A stretch of 63,890 bases of DNA, the filler included, from an uncultured Methanosarcinales archaeon (GTDB lineage: Archaea; Nanobdellota; Nanobdellia; Woesearchaeales; BS150m-G63): NCBI GenBank assembly GCA_964630685.1. It is 5 parts of 5 records of this genome, joined end to end, with 100 filler letters (N's around TTAATTAATTAA, not from the genome) between each part and the next. Parts side by side here need not be neighbours in the genome. Positions count along the whole stretch, not along the records: positions 1 to 19,775 come from CAZVVW010000015.1; 4 more parts are not named here. One strand, given 5' to 3'. A model generated the notes under the pieces. That model made no database searches. It was given only the letters and a program-made list of their open reading frames with translations, and had not been told where the DNA came from. A program made the position numbers and the translations under genes. Shown one piece after another: positions 1 through 10,312 of the stretch (position 1 is its first letter; each line of letters opens with the position of its first letter).

Positions 1-2
1 CT

Positions 3-812
3 ACTTTTACTACTGCAGGAGATTTGAATTTAGCAGGAGATTTGACTGTTGGTGGAAGTAATATCCAATTAGGGAGTAATGAGATCTTACCTAATCTCCG
101 TATTGATTCTATTAGTAGTGGAGATAATTGGGATAATCAAGGAGCTTATATCGTTTTAGGAGAGTCTGCAGGAACTTCTGGATATAGTGGAACTGCTGCT
201 TTATATTTGTCTTATACGGGCAATGGTTATGGTTATATTGGTTCTGGAGGATTGACTGATGGAATTCCTAATGATGCTTACTTTAGATTTGATTATGATG
301 AGGATATAATTTACACTAATAGTAATATTGAAATGGCTGATGATAATTATATTGGAATTTATAATAATGAAAGAATACAATTTGATTCAAATGAGAACGA
401 TATTGAAATAATGGGTGCAGATGTAGGGATTGGAACTAATTATCCTGATGAGAGTTTACATGTTAAGGGTACAGGTATTTACTTAGAAGAAGAAAGTAGC
501 ACTCAAGCTGCAGGGTTATTTGTTGAGGATGGTGATTTGAAATTATCTGTTAATGGTCACAATAATGTTGGATTGACTATTAGTGATTCTCCTCCTTATA
601 GCACAACATTGGCAGGAGATTTAACTGTTGGTGGAACAGATGCTCTTTTAACTGTTCCACTATTAGATGTAGAGATAAATATGGCTGTTAATCAAATTGT
701 TCCAAAGTCTGGATCAGATGTTAAGATTTCTGGTAATTTAATAGTTGATTCTAGTAATTACATTACTGCTCCTAGTGGTCAGAATGTCGTGATCAAACTT
801 CCTTCTAGTTGA
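3..812 (+). CDS. 5'-truncated beta-rich surface/fibre-like protein
   Basis: Frame open from window start (TFTTAGDLNLAGDL...); repeated LAGDLTVGG and a VGIGTNYP motif typical of DPANN/CPR fibre-like surface proteins. Confidence 0.55.
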   Translation, partial: TFTTAGDLNLAGDLTVGGSNIQLGSNEILPNLRIDSISSGDNWDNQGAYIVLGESAGTSGYSGTAALYLSYTGNGYGYIGSGGLTDGIPNDAYFRFDYDEDIIYTNSNIEMADDNYIGIYNNERIQFDSNENDIEIMGADVGIGTNYPDESLHVKGTGIYLEEESSTQAAGLFVEDGDLKLSVNGHNNVGLTISDSPPYSTTLAGDLTVGGTDALLTVPLLDVEINMAVNQIVPKSGSDVKISGNLIVDSSNYITAPSGQNVVIKLPSS

Positions 813-840
813 TTGGATCGGGTATTAGAATTCTTTTTCT

Positions 841-1884
841 TTATCTTTTACTGTGGTTATATAATGTTTCCATGAATTCGTAGTATAATTCATTTACTTT
901 CTCGCTGTGGATCACTAGTATATTTTCATCATTGACTTTTGTTCCTAGGTATGTTGGGTTCATGGATCCGATTATTACTGTCTCATTATCTGTTAAGAAG
1001 GATTTTGTGTGTATTTGTTTTTTTATGTTCTCTGTTATAATTCCTTTTATTTCTCTTAAAGGTGCAGTTGTATGGGTTATCCCTTTTCTTTCCATTACTC
1101 CATGTACTTTTACCCCTTTTTTTTCTGCTTTTTTTATTGCTTGAAATATTCCTTCGTCACTCATACTATACACTGCTAGGTTTATTCTTTCTTTTGCATT
1201 TTCTATTTCTTCCACTATTATTTTTTCACAGTCATCGTACGGGCAGAAATATGGTTTTATTTTTATTTCTTCATTTATTTCTATTATCTCTTTTTTTCCT
1301 GCCCCTGTTTTATTGCTTTTGTTATTATATAATTGCCAGAAGTTTGAGTTATATCTTTTTGCTAGTTCTTCTGATTTGATTATTACGAATGTGTGTAAAT
1401 TTTTCTCTATTGTGTTTTGGTTTAGTATTAGACTTCCTGTAAATATTTTTTCTCCATCTATCACACAGTAATTGCTGTGTAGCATTCCTTTTCTTTTATG
1501 GTCGTCAAACCTTGTTGATGGCCAGTAAATCCTCTTATTTCCTGCATAGTCTGAATTGATGAATAGTCGTACTTTTATCCCTTCATTTCTGCTTTTATTT
1601 AGTTTTTCTTCTATTGATAGGTAGTTTAATGACCTAAATATGCAGTGGATCTCTTTTTTTGCTGATCCTAAGAATTCATTTATAGTGTTTGAAACATTTT
1701 CATCTGGTGCTATGTATAGTTCAAAGTTTTCTGTTTTGTAATGTACATATAGTGGTTTGGTTATTTCTATTTCTTCGGTTTGTTTTATTTTTTCTATTAG
1801 TAAGAATAGTGATGCTATTATTAGTATGATTGATATTGCTATCATTAAATTAATTTGAGGTATTTTTTTCTTTTTGGTTTTCAT
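841..1884 (-). CDS. Membrane-anchored phospholipase D-family protein (two PLD domains)
   Basis: N-terminal TM helix; intact HTKSFLTD...GSMN motif in domain 2; degenerate HSNYCVID...GSLI in domain 1. Confidence 0.85.
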   Translation of the reverse strand: MKTKKKKIPQINLMIAISIILIIASLFLLIEKIKQTEEIEITKPLYVHYKTENFELYIAPDENVSNTINEFLGSAKKEIHCIFRSLNYLSIEEKLNKSRNEGIKVRLFINSDYAGNKRIYWPSTRFDDHKRKGMLHSNYCVIDGEKIFTGSLILNQNTIEKNLHTFVIIKSEELAKRYNSNFWQLYNNKSNKTGAGKKEIIEINEEIKIKPYFCPYDDCEKIIVEEIENAKERINLAVYSMSDEGIFQAIKKAEKKGVKVHGVMERKGITHTTAPLREIKGIITENIKKQIHTKSFLTDNETVIIGSMNPTYLGTKVNDENILVIHSEKVNELYYEFMETLYNHSKR

Positions 1885-1896
1885 ATTTTTTATTCG

Positions 1897-2874
1897 TTAT
1901 TTGTAAAGTGAGTTGATTTTTATAAAAGAGTTTTTGCATACTACATATAGGTGTGCTGATTTTAGTAATCTTACAAATGGCCTTATTAGTATAGTTATGA
2001 ATAATAGGCTCACTATTAACCCCCCTATTCTGATGTCTGCGGTGATCATATAATATCCGAAGTATGCTAGGTAAAAGAGTCTATAAAAGCTTATGAATGA
2101 CATCATTGTTGTGTGTAGTGGCACTAATTTCTGTCTGTTTTCCATTCTTTTTTTAAAGTCATTTTCTAGGTGTTTCATAAAGATTTTTTTACTGCTTTTT
2201 TCATTTAGGTTTTTGTATGCTGTATCCTTTATTAGTAATTGGAATGATGAGTAATCATTTTTTTCTTCTTCTAAGGGTGGTTGATATTTTAATTCTATTT
2301 TTTTCCCTATAAAATAGAACAACATAAAAAATGGTAGTGAATATAAGAAGTAAATAAATAAGTTTTTATCAAAGAAGTATATTATTATGAATGCAATAAT
2401 TATTTTTGTGATATCTAGGATGTTGTAATAAACTGTTTTTATTAACATAATGTATAAGTGTAGGTGTTTTGATAAATAGTCTGATTTGTATGTGATGAAT
2501 TTTTTTAGTTTTGATCTGTACTTCCCTATTATTAGTTCTTTAATGTTTTTTTCTATTTTTAAAAAATATTTTATTTTATATTTTTCTATTCTTATGTCTA
2601 TTAATAGTTTGAATATAAACATTAACAAGAATGCTACTGTTCCATAGATGAGTAATTTCATTGTTTGATCCCTGTAAGCGTATAAGATGTAGAATTGTGT
2701 TACTAGTGGGAATGATGTGTATATGGCTGTTGAAACTATAGAAAATAAAAGAATAATATTTATTTTTTTCTTATCAAAAAATGATATCTTCTTAAAATAA
2801 TTGTTCTTGATAACCTTAAATAAGTTTAAATTATTCATTTTAAAAAAATAAAAAATATGTATGTCTCCATACAT
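1897..2874 (-). CDS. ABC exporter-type transmembrane domain protein without NBD
   Basis: Multiple TM helices with exporter-like spacing (PLVTQFYI, IGGLIVSLLFITILIRPF); no Walker motifs. Confidence 0.6.
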   Translation of the reverse strand: MYGDIHIFYFFKMNNLNLFKVIKNNYFKKISFFDKKKINIILLFSIVSTAIYTSFPLVTQFYILYAYRDQTMKLLIYGTVAFLLMFIFKLLIDIRIEKYKIKYFLKIEKNIKELIIGKYRSKLKKFITYKSDYLSKHLHLYIMLIKTVYYNILDITKIIIAFIIIYFFDKNLFIYFLYSLPFFMLFYFIGKKIELKYQPPLEEEKNDYSSFQLLIKDTAYKNLNEKSSKKIFMKHLENDFKKRMENRQKLVPLHTTMMSFISFYRLFYLAYFGYYMITADIRIGGLIVSLLFITILIRPFVRLLKSAHLYVVCKNSFIKINSLYK

Positions 2875-3033
2875 ATTAATATGTTCTTAAGATTTTTTTT
2901 AATAAAAAATCTTTTTGCAACCAACAAGGGGATCTTTCGATTACACGCATGTTATATTGGTATAAACCAACTAAAATCTTATTAAAGATCGTGATAATAC
3001 TTTAAAGTTATTTTTTCTTTATATAATTTTTGG

Positions 3034-3546
3034 TTAATTGTTTATTCTTTCTTTTATTTTTTCTATTAGTTCCTCTGTTTTTTCTAGGTATTCTTTAACC
3101 ATATCTTTATTATATGTTTGGTATGGCATATCGCTACTAATATTTTCTGGGTATCTACTTTTTATCACTTCTTTTTCTATTCTTGATAAAAATTCTTTTT
3201 CTGTTGTTAAATTAGTTATTTTGTTGAATTCTGTTAGATTATGTGTTTTAGAAAAGTTTTGTGTGTGTTCTTTCAGTATTAGTGCTTTCATCCCTTTCTC
3301 TATTGCTTGTTCGCAATAAAATGCCGTAGTATAATAATTTTTTATTTCATAGTTTTCTTTTGCTGTTTGTAGATCTTCTTTTGATTGGCAGATCCAGTTG
3401 TTGATGGTCTTATTCTCTGTATAATGGCATTTTTCTTTATCTACTTCATAATTATTAATTGTTATTAACAATATTATTATTAAATAGGTTATTATTAACA
3501 CTGTTATTATTAGAATTATTTTCTTGAATCCTTTTTTTTTAATCAT
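3034..3546 (-). CDS. HEPN domain protein with N-terminal membrane anchor
   Basis: HEPN motifs AFYCEQAIEKGMKA, KTHNL, SRYP, preceded by a basic stretch and a ~20-aa hydrophobic helix. Confidence 0.8.
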   Translation of the reverse strand: MIKKKGFKKIILIITVLIITYLIIILLITINNYEVDKEKCHYTENKTINNWICQSKEDLQTAKENYEIKNYYTTAFYCEQAIEKGMKALILKEHTQNFSKTHNLTEFNKITNLTTEKEFLSRIEKEVIKSRYPENISSDMPYQTYNKDMVKEYLEKTEELIEKIKERINN

Positions 3547-3627
3547 TCTTTTTTTATGTTTTGTTTATTTAAAAATCTTGTCTTTAAATTTTTTTAAGAA
3601 AATTATTTAAACCTTTAATATTTATGT

Positions 3628-4410
3628 GTGGGTATGGCCAATAATATTTTGAAAAAAGCATTTTTCTTATTAATTTTTGTTTTAGTTATTGTTATTTTTA
3701 GTCATTCTATGGTTGGTGCTGAGGGGGATTGGCCTCCTGAGGGGGATTGGCCTCCCCCTCCAGGGTGGGATCCTCAATATTGTCCAGGTGTTGAATGCTA
3801 TTATTATGATTTGGACAATGATGGTTGTGGGTTTTGTTGTGCTAGTTGTGGTTATGATTGTGATGAAACTAATTCCACTATTAACCCTTTACAATCGGAG
3901 GTTTGTGATGATGGGGTAGATAACAACTGTGATAATTTTGTTGATTGTTGTGATTTTGAATGTGCTTATGACTGTTGCTTAGAAGAGCATCTTGAAGATG
4001 TTCAAAGTTATAATTATTTTTGTCTTAGTGCTGAGATGCAAGACTCTTGTGGAGAATCTGTGTGCGAGGTTGAATTTGATGATTCTCTTCCTTATTTGGA
4101 GGTTAATAATCATAGTGGAGATTCTATTGCTAAGATTGACCAGTCTGGTGCTATGTGGATTCAAGGAGAATTAATAGATAGTTTTATTCCCTCAAGTAAT
4201 GATTTTTTAATAAAAAATTCTGGAGGGACTATTGTTGCTGCAATTGATGAAAATACTGGTGATTTATATCTTAGTGGAAACCTATATCCAGATACTACTG
4301 AATCTCCTTCTAGTGGTGGGAATTTGATTATACAAAATTCTGAAAGTGTTCCTATTGCTTGGTTCGATAATTATGGTAATCTTTATCTAAAAAGTTGTTT
4401 GATTGGTTAA
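3628..4410 (+). CDS. Secreted Cys-rich surface protein
   Basis: Signal peptide; EGDWPP tandem repeat (18-bp DNA repeat 3720-3755); EVCDDGVDNNCD metal-binding-type motif; xIDxxGxLYL repeats. Confidence 0.7.
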   Translation: MGMANNILKKAFFLLIFVLVIVIFSHSMVGAEGDWPPEGDWPPPPGWDPQYCPGVECYYYDLDNDGCGFCCASCGYDCDETNSTINPLQSEVCDDGVDNNCDNFVDCCDFECAYDCCLEEHLEDVQSYNYFCLSAEMQDSCGESVCEVEFDDSLPYLEVNNHSGDSIAKIDQSGAMWIQGELIDSFIPSSNDFLIKNSGGTIVAAIDENTGDLYLSGNLYPDTTESPSSGGNLIIQNSESVPIAWFDNYGNLYLKSCLIG

Positions 4411-4951
4411 GGAGTTAGTAGTTGTACTGGAAATTTTTCTTGTGAAGATGTAAATACTTGGGAAGACGCAGGCCTTTGGTTTGATGATTATATGGAATTT
4501 CCAATCACTTATTATGAATCATCTTATGGCCATTATACTACTGGATTAGATGGTTGTAGTTGTACAAATATGTGGGGCTGTTCTGATCTAGGTTATGGAG
4601 AATATTGTCAGAACGGAGGTTTTGCAGGTTGGTCTTATGTTGATAACTGTAATGGATTTCGGTGTGGAGACTGTGGTTATAGTGTAGCTGATAATCCTGT
4701 TTGTGTTTGTGAAGGAAATCATGCCCTCCTGAAACATTTTTAACAGAAATAGAATGTTATCTTAATGGATATGAATGGATCTGAGAAGGTACTATTTCTT
4801 CTTATTTAATTAATTCTGATTGTGAAGGTTATCCAAATTATGGAGAATGTGTAAATGTGCTGAATGTGTAGATATTTCTGAATGTGAAGATGATGGTGAT
4901 TGTAGTGGTGGGTTCCAATGTTGTGATGGTTTTTGTGAACAATATTGTTAG
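4411..4951 (+). pseudogene. Decayed Cys-rich 3' extension of the upstream gene
   Basis: Frame continues past TAA 4408-4410 (GVSSCTGNFSCED...) into ORF 4492-4743; two frameshifts and a TGA then lead to ...CCDGFCEQYC-TAG at 4951. Confidence 0.65.
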
Positions 4952-4965
4952 ATTTAAAATATCAT

Positions 4966-5868
4966 CTAAACAAACTTCTGAGCAATAGAAATCACTAGAA
5001 TAGCAATAGAAACAAGTATCAATGCGTGTTTGGCTCCTGCCCTTAATTCGCCTTCTGAGAGCTTACCAATAACTAACCCTGTAAAGAGTCCTTGTATGAT
5101 TGAAAGCATTAGAAATACGCCATAAAAGCTACTTAACCAAGCTCCTAATGTAGTGATTAGTGTTCTTGGTGTAGATAAGTTGATACTTACTTTATCAAGT
5201 AATGTTGAAGTAGCTTGAGATTCTAATGTCTGTACTTCTCCACTAAAAGAAACTCCTTGCATGTTTGTTATATAAGGAATTAAAACATTTTGAATAATTA
5301 CCATAACTCCAATGAAAATAATATATATAATATAACTCTGCATCATTTGAGAATGTATTGCTGCTTTTCTTTCTGTTTTTATCTTTTTTATAGATATTAA
5401 TGAAGCAGTCACTGACTCAAGCACGTCTTCTATGTTTCCCCCTGATTTTTCTGCTTCAATAACTGTAGCTATTGCCCTCTCTATTACTGGGTTTTTTGTG
5501 TCTGTACTTAAAGTACCTAATGCTTTATGTACTGGAATTGCCCATTCAACCTGGTGGGATAATTTTCTGATATGGTGGGTTAATGCACCATAATCTGCTG
5601 TCCCCACATAAATAATCGCCCTACTTATTGGCATTCCTGATTTTATAGAACTAGTCAAATTTCTTACAAATTCTGGAAATCTTGCTTCTATCTCTTTCTG
5701 TTTTTGGTTTTCTTGGAAATAATCTGCCCAGAACTGCATCCAAGCAATTGTTAATGCAACAAATAATATAGGTATAAAGAAACCAGAATCAAAAAACACC
5801 ATAAAATCAACTACTGCGATAATAATTCCTATTGCAAGTGCTACTTGGTGTCTTAATTGAAATTTCAT
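4966..5868 (-). CDS. Type IV pilus/T2SS-F platform membrane protein (TadC/FlaJ-like)
   Basis: FPEFVRNLTSSIKSGMP, YGALT, EAEKSGGNIEDVL; TM helices. Confidence 0.9.
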   Translation of the reverse strand: MKFQLRHQVALAIGIIIAVVDFMVFFDSGFFIPILFVALTIAWMQFWADYFQENQKQKEIEARFPEFVRNLTSSIKSGMPISRAIIYVGTADYGALTHHIRKLSHQVEWAIPVHKALGTLSTDTKNPVIERAIATVIEAEKSGGNIEDVLESVTASLISIKKIKTERKAAIHSQMMQSYIIYIIFIGVMVIIQNVLIPYITNMQGVSFSGEVQTLESQATSTLLDKVSINLSTPRTLITTLGAWLSSFYGVFLMLSIIQGLFTGLVIGKLSEGELRAGAKHALILVSIAILVISIAQKFV

Positions 5869-5871
5869 ATT

Positions 5872-7692
5872 CTAAATCTCCGGTTGAGTCATCTCTAAAA
5901 ATATGAGGAACATAGTGTTAAGTAATGGAATCACCACATAAGTTCCTAATACTATTATTTTAGCAGAGTCTACTCCACCAACTGCTCCTCCGAGCATACT
6001 CATTAAAGTTATTGTAGCTACAAAGAATAATGGAGCTGCAATTAATAATCCTGTATAAATATCTGAATATGTTGCGACTGTTTCTGTATATTTTCTTCTT
6101 TTCAATTGATAAGCAATGGCTGCTTCTTTTGCTTCTTCTTTCAAATATGAATCTAATTTCCCTCCTGCTTCTATGGTGGTTACAAAACCTTCAAAAACTT
6201 CTTTTAATGCAGGATTTGGTGTTGTATTAGACACAATCCTTATTGCAGTCAATAAATCATACCCAAAAACATCTGTATAATCAACTACTTTTTCAATTTC
6301 TTCAGAAACTTCACCATATTCTTCTGCTTGTGAAATCAATCTAAACATTACTATAGGTGGTACACCTGAACTAGATATTGCAGCCATATTATCTAATGCA
6401 AAAGAAAGGTTTGTATTGATGTTTTTTCTTCTTGCTTTAACTTTTGAAAATGGGTAAAAATAAGTTATGAAAAAAGAAGTGATTGTAATTAATGGTGCGA
6501 TAAATGCTGCTTTTGTTAATGCTAAGCTTATTGGGCTTCCCCCTAAATAAAGAATTAAAGTAAATAATAACATTGAAACTATTCCAGAAATAAATGTAAT
6601 AAGCACCATTATATTTATGTAAGTGTTTGAAAGCAATTTTATGTTTGCCAACCTTATTGCGTGATAGAGATGCTTAAAGAATTCTGGAAAAGTTTCTACT
6701 AAAAACATGCTTATGCCTCGCATGCTGAAATTTGAAATTGAGCCAAGTAATGATGGTTTATAGATCTTTAATTTTTCTTCTTTTTTGATTCTTTTTTGTA
6801 TTTTTTTTGCTTCTTTTTCAAGCATTGCTCTGCTTATGGTACTATATCTTGCAGTAATTTTTTCTTCTTTTGATGTACTTAAATCAAAAATAGAGTATCC
6901 TAAATCAGTTTTATCTGCTTTTGTTGTTTCATACTCTTTGAATTTCTTTCTTACTCCCTTAAGGAAAGATAATTTTAAGAGAGGTTTAAGAATAGATTCA
7001 AATTTTATTTTTTCTTTTGGTTTTTCGGATTTTTCTTTCTTACCTTTTTCTTCTAAAAATATAGGCATATCTTTTAGTTTAGGTTTAGGTTTAAATGATT
7101 CAAAGAAAGATGGTTTTGATGTTTTTTCTTTTTCCCTTTTAGGTTTTTCTTTATGTTTTTTGAAAAAAAGTTCAAACAATTCTGAGAAAATATTTTTATG
7201 TTTTACTTTTGGTACTTGTTCTAATCCATGAAGAAGTTCTTTTTTAACATCTTCTTTTATTTCTTTTTCTTCTTCTTTAGTTGGTTCTTCTTCTACACTT
7301 TCTTCTATTTCTGGTTTAGGGGTTATTATCTCTGGTACTTTTGCTTTTTTAGAGACCATTGGTTTTTTTGGAGCAATTAATCTCTTTTTCAATTCAAGAT
7401 AAGAAGTGTCTTCATAAACATAATAAAATATTTTAGAATTAATGTATTCTATTTGTTTTAATAAAGAATAAATGCAAGAGTTATAATATCTTTTCCAATA
7501 TTTTTTTGTTTTTCCTTCAAGAATGTGATCTTTTATTTTTTTGTATTCTAAATAAGTGTATTTTTCCTGTTTGTATTCTAAATCTAATTTTTCTAATTTA
7601 AGAAATAGCTCTTTTTTGTATTCTTTTTGTACTTTAATCTCATTGAGAAGGTTAATAATTTTTTGCGTATACGCTTTGACATTTTCCTGCAT
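5872..7692 (-). CDS. Type IV pilus/T2SS-F platform protein with long charged N-terminal extension
   Basis: MAAISSSGVPP, EEYGEVSEE, EAGGKLDSYL; TM helices in C-terminal half. Confidence 0.88.
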   Translation of the reverse strand: MQENVKAYTQKIINLLNEIKVQKEYKKELFLKLEKLDLEYKQEKYTYLEYKKIKDHILEGKTKKYWKRYYNSCIYSLLKQIEYINSKIFYYVYEDTSYLELKKRLIAPKKPMVSKKAKVPEIITPKPEIEESVEEEPTKEEEKEIKEDVKKELLHGLEQVPKVKHKNIFSELFELFFKKHKEKPKREKEKTSKPSFFESFKPKPKLKDMPIFLEEKGKKEKSEKPKEKIKFESILKPLLKLSFLKGVRKKFKEYETTKADKTDLGYSIFDLSTSKEEKITARYSTISRAMLEKEAKKIQKRIKKEEKLKIYKPSLLGSISNFSMRGISMFLVETFPEFFKHLYHAIRLANIKLLSNTYINIMVLITFISGIVSMLLFTLILYLGGSPISLALTKAAFIAPLITITSFFITYFYPFSKVKARRKNINTNLSFALDNMAAISSSGVPPIVMFRLISQAEEYGEVSEEIEKVVDYTDVFGYDLLTAIRIVSNTTPNPALKEVFEGFVTTIEAGGKLDSYLKEEAKEAAIAYQLKRRKYTETVATYSDIYTGLLIAAPLFFVATITLMSMLGGAVGGVDSAKIIVLGTYVVIPLLNTMFLIFLEMTQPEI

Positions 7693-7693
7693 T

Positions 7694-7903
7694 TTAGAAT
7701 AATGACTCTTCTATTTTTCCTAAACTTCTTTTTACTTCAAAAGTAAGTTTGATTATTTGTTCTTTTATGTAACTCATCTTGAGTTTAGTGTAATGTACTC
7801 CTTCGTCAGTTTGGAAAGATTGAGTTTTTAGTTCATCATATAATTCTGATAAAATATTTATTTTTTCTAGATTTTCTCCCAGACCTTCTTTATCTTTTTT
7901 CAT
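7694..7903 (-). CDS. Small hypothetical protein in pilus operon
   Basis: 69-aa ORF translationally coupled to neighbours. Confidence 0.6.
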   Translation of the reverse strand: MKKDKEGLGENLEKINILSELYDELKTQSFQTDEGVHYTKLKMSYIKEQIIKLTFEVKRSLGKIEESLF

Positions 7904-9516
7904 TCTACCCCAAACTCACTCAAAACTCCTTGTGGATTTTTATAATAATTACTGATTATTTTAGTCACTTCCTTGTGGCTCAAGATATTTTTATCTGCTA
8001 ACTTTTCTAATAATTTAGTTCTTTTTTCTAACTCTTCTTTTATTTCATTTTGATCTTGACCAGTTTTATCGCTGATTTTTTTTATTACATAGGATTCTTC
8101 TTTTGTTGCAAATTCATCGTCAGAAGGAACCCATTCAAACATTACATTAGAATCAATTTTCCCTAATTCTTGAGAAACTTTCATGATTTCAACAATTTGT
8201 TTTAGACGTCTGATACTCTTTCTTTTTTCTTTAAGATGAATACAAACACACACTACGTCCAAACTCTCAATAAGTGTTCCTGGAAGATTAATTGGTGGTG
8301 TTTCTAATCTTCTTACTAATGTTTCGACACCTCCTGCGTGGAAAGTTCCAAAACTCGGATGGCCTGACGCCATTCCTTGAAATAACACGTAAGCTTCATT
8401 ACCTCTTACTTCTCCTACAATCACATAATCAGGGTTTTGTCTGAATGTTTCTTTAAGTAAATCAAATAAAGTTACTTCCCCATAAGTTTTACCAGCTATA
8501 TTTGGAATTCCAAACCCTTCCCTTGTTACTGCAGGAAGCCAATTATCGTGGGAAATATTGAGTTCTCTTGTATCTTCAATAGAACATATTCTTGATTCTG
8601 GGGGAATAAAATGAAGTATTGTATTAAGAAAAGTGGTTTTTCCTGAAGCTGTTTCTCCAATAATCATTACATTTAGCTTGCTCTCTATTGCGAGCCATAT
8701 AAATGCAAAAGATGAAGCTGGAGCTGTATTATTTCTTATTAAATGAATTGGCGTCCAAGGTTCTTTTGTGAATTTTCTTATTGTGTATGTTGGCCCCCTA
8801 GTGGTTACATCTTCGCTATAAGTTGCGTTTACTCTAGATCCATCTGGCAATGTTCCATCAAGCAATGGACGTGCATAACTCACGTATCTTCCAGCTTTTT
8901 GTGCAAGTTTTTCAATAAAATCTGCCAATTCCTTGTGTTCTTTGTAAATTAAATTTGTTTTAAGATTAGCATATTTTCTATGGACAATATAAACAGGAAA
9001 ACCTACTCCGTTGCATTCAATATCTTCAATATAATAATCCATCATTAAAGGTTCTACATCATTAAAACCTACAGAATCTCTATAAATATAATACATTAAT
9101 TTTTGATAAGTATCCTCATCTACTTTTGCACCCAATTCAATTAATATTGATTGAACGTTTTTTTCAAGGTACTCTAGAAGTATATTTTGTTTTTTGCTTT
9201 TAACAAAACTTATGTTTATCATTTCTTCTAAACCCATTTTAATGAGTCTTAGGAGTTTTTCATCTGTTTCAGAAATCTTTGGTTCTTCTATATCATAAAT
9301 TATACTTTTTTCTTTATCATCCCAATAAATGTGGGCAAATGCAAATGGGGCAATTAAAGGGTATCTTATGTTAACTTTAGTTTTATCATCACCTAATTTT
9401 GGAAGCTCTATAAATTTAGGTTTCAAATCGATAGAAAAAGTTGATTTGACTGATTTATTTCCTACTGAATTTTGTTTATCAGAACTTTTATTGTTTTCTA
9501 ATGTATCTTCTGCCAT
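7900..9516 (-). CDS. Type IV pilus assembly ATPase (VirB11/TadA/FlaI family)
   Basis: Walker A GETASGKTT, IEDTRE, RQNPDYVIVGEVRG, GHPSFGTFHA. Confidence 0.95.
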   Translation of the reverse strand: MAEDTLENNKSSDKQNSVGNKSVKSTFSIDLKPKFIELPKLGDDKTKVNIRYPLIAPFAFAHIYWDDKEKSIIYDIEEPKISETDEKLLRLIKMGLEEMINISFVKSKKQNILLEYLEKNVQSILIELGAKVDEDTYQKLMYYIYRDSVGFNDVEPLMMDYYIEDIECNGVGFPVYIVHRKYANLKTNLIYKEHKELADFIEKLAQKAGRYVSYARPLLDGTLPDGSRVNATYSEDVTTRGPTYTIRKFTKEPWTPIHLIRNNTAPASSFAFIWLAIESKLNVMIIGETASGKTTFLNTILHFIPPESRICSIEDTRELNISHDNWLPAVTREGFGIPNIAGKTYGEVTLFDLLKETFRQNPDYVIVGEVRGNEAYVLFQGMASGHPSFGTFHAGGVETLVRRLETPPINLPGTLIESLDVVCVCIHLKEKRKSIRRLKQIVEIMKVSQELGKIDSNVMFEWVPSDDEFATKEESYVIKKISDKTGQDQNEIKEELEKRTKLLEKLADKNILSHKEVTKIISNYYKNPQGVLSEFGVE

Positions 9517-9600
9517 AATTACCCCTTTTTATGTACTATAATGATTTGATGGTTGGGATATTTATATATTTATTGATTTTTCACGAGAAGTGATGAATGA

Positions 9601-10308
9601 TTATTGCTGTTCAAAATTCTTTATCTTTGTTGATAAGAAATCTGCCTGAGAATCAAGAGTTAGTTCTAAATCATATTCAAAACTTGTTGTATTGAAGTGT
9701 GCAAGCACTGTGGCAGAATCGAGCATGTCTCCTTGATTTAGTAGAGAAGTATAGCCGGTTCCATTTGTAGATGAGCTATTGATTAATTCAAAATAAAATG
9801 TACCATTTATTTCTGCATCGTTTTCTAATAAAATTATTTTTTCTATAAGATTTGAAGTATTTATTATTGCCCAATCAGTTGGATTGCCTATTTTATTTAT
9901 ATAAACTGAAATTCTTGTGTTGTTTAGAATAAAATAATCATCTGTTGTTGAAGTAGATACATCGCAGTTTGTACAAACAATATAATTACCTAAACTCGCT
10001 TTGGTTCTTGGCTCTATTATCTCTGTTTCTGTGTCTAGGTCCCATTTTAACTGATCGTTTTCTATCTTCATTGTTCCTTCGCCAAGTTCTACGGTAATCA
10101 ATCTTTGGGATCCTTGCCCTTCTGAAGCAACATCTTGTATATGTTTATCAAGATTCACCATAGTATCTTTTGTTTTTGCAAATAGGCTTTTATCTTTCAT
10201 CTTTGCTAAAAGTGGTGTGCCTGCACTCATAATTATCAATACTGCAACTGTGGCTATTAAGAAATATAACACTGCTGATATCCAAATTTGCCCCTTTTTT
10301 GTTCTCAT
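9601..10308 (-). CDS. Pilin-like protein (class III signal peptide)
   Basis: KKG|QIWISAVLYFLIA followed by a hydrophobic helix. Confidence 0.8.
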   Translation of the reverse strand: MRTKKGQIWISAVLYFLIATVAVLIIMSAGTPLLAKMKDKSLFAKTKDTMVNLDKHIQDVASEGQGSQRLITVELGEGTMKIENDQLKWDLDTETEIIEPRTKASLGNYIVCTNCDVSTSTTDDYFILNNTRISVYINKIGNPTDWAIINTSNLIEKIILLENDAEINGTFYFELINSSSTNGTGYTSLLNQGDMLDSATVLAHFNTTSFEYDLELTLDSQADFLSTKIKNFEQQ

Positions 10309-10312
10309 ACTC

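Noticed and set aside
2875..3033. Possible structured RNA (GATCTTT/AAAGATC, TTGGT/ACCAA)
   Set aside because: Stems are short and no recognisable family motif is present
7900..9516. MshEN c-di-GMP receptor motif in the pilus ATPase
   Set aside because: No RLGxxL repeat motif seen; the ATPase is also on a different contig from the GGDEF gene
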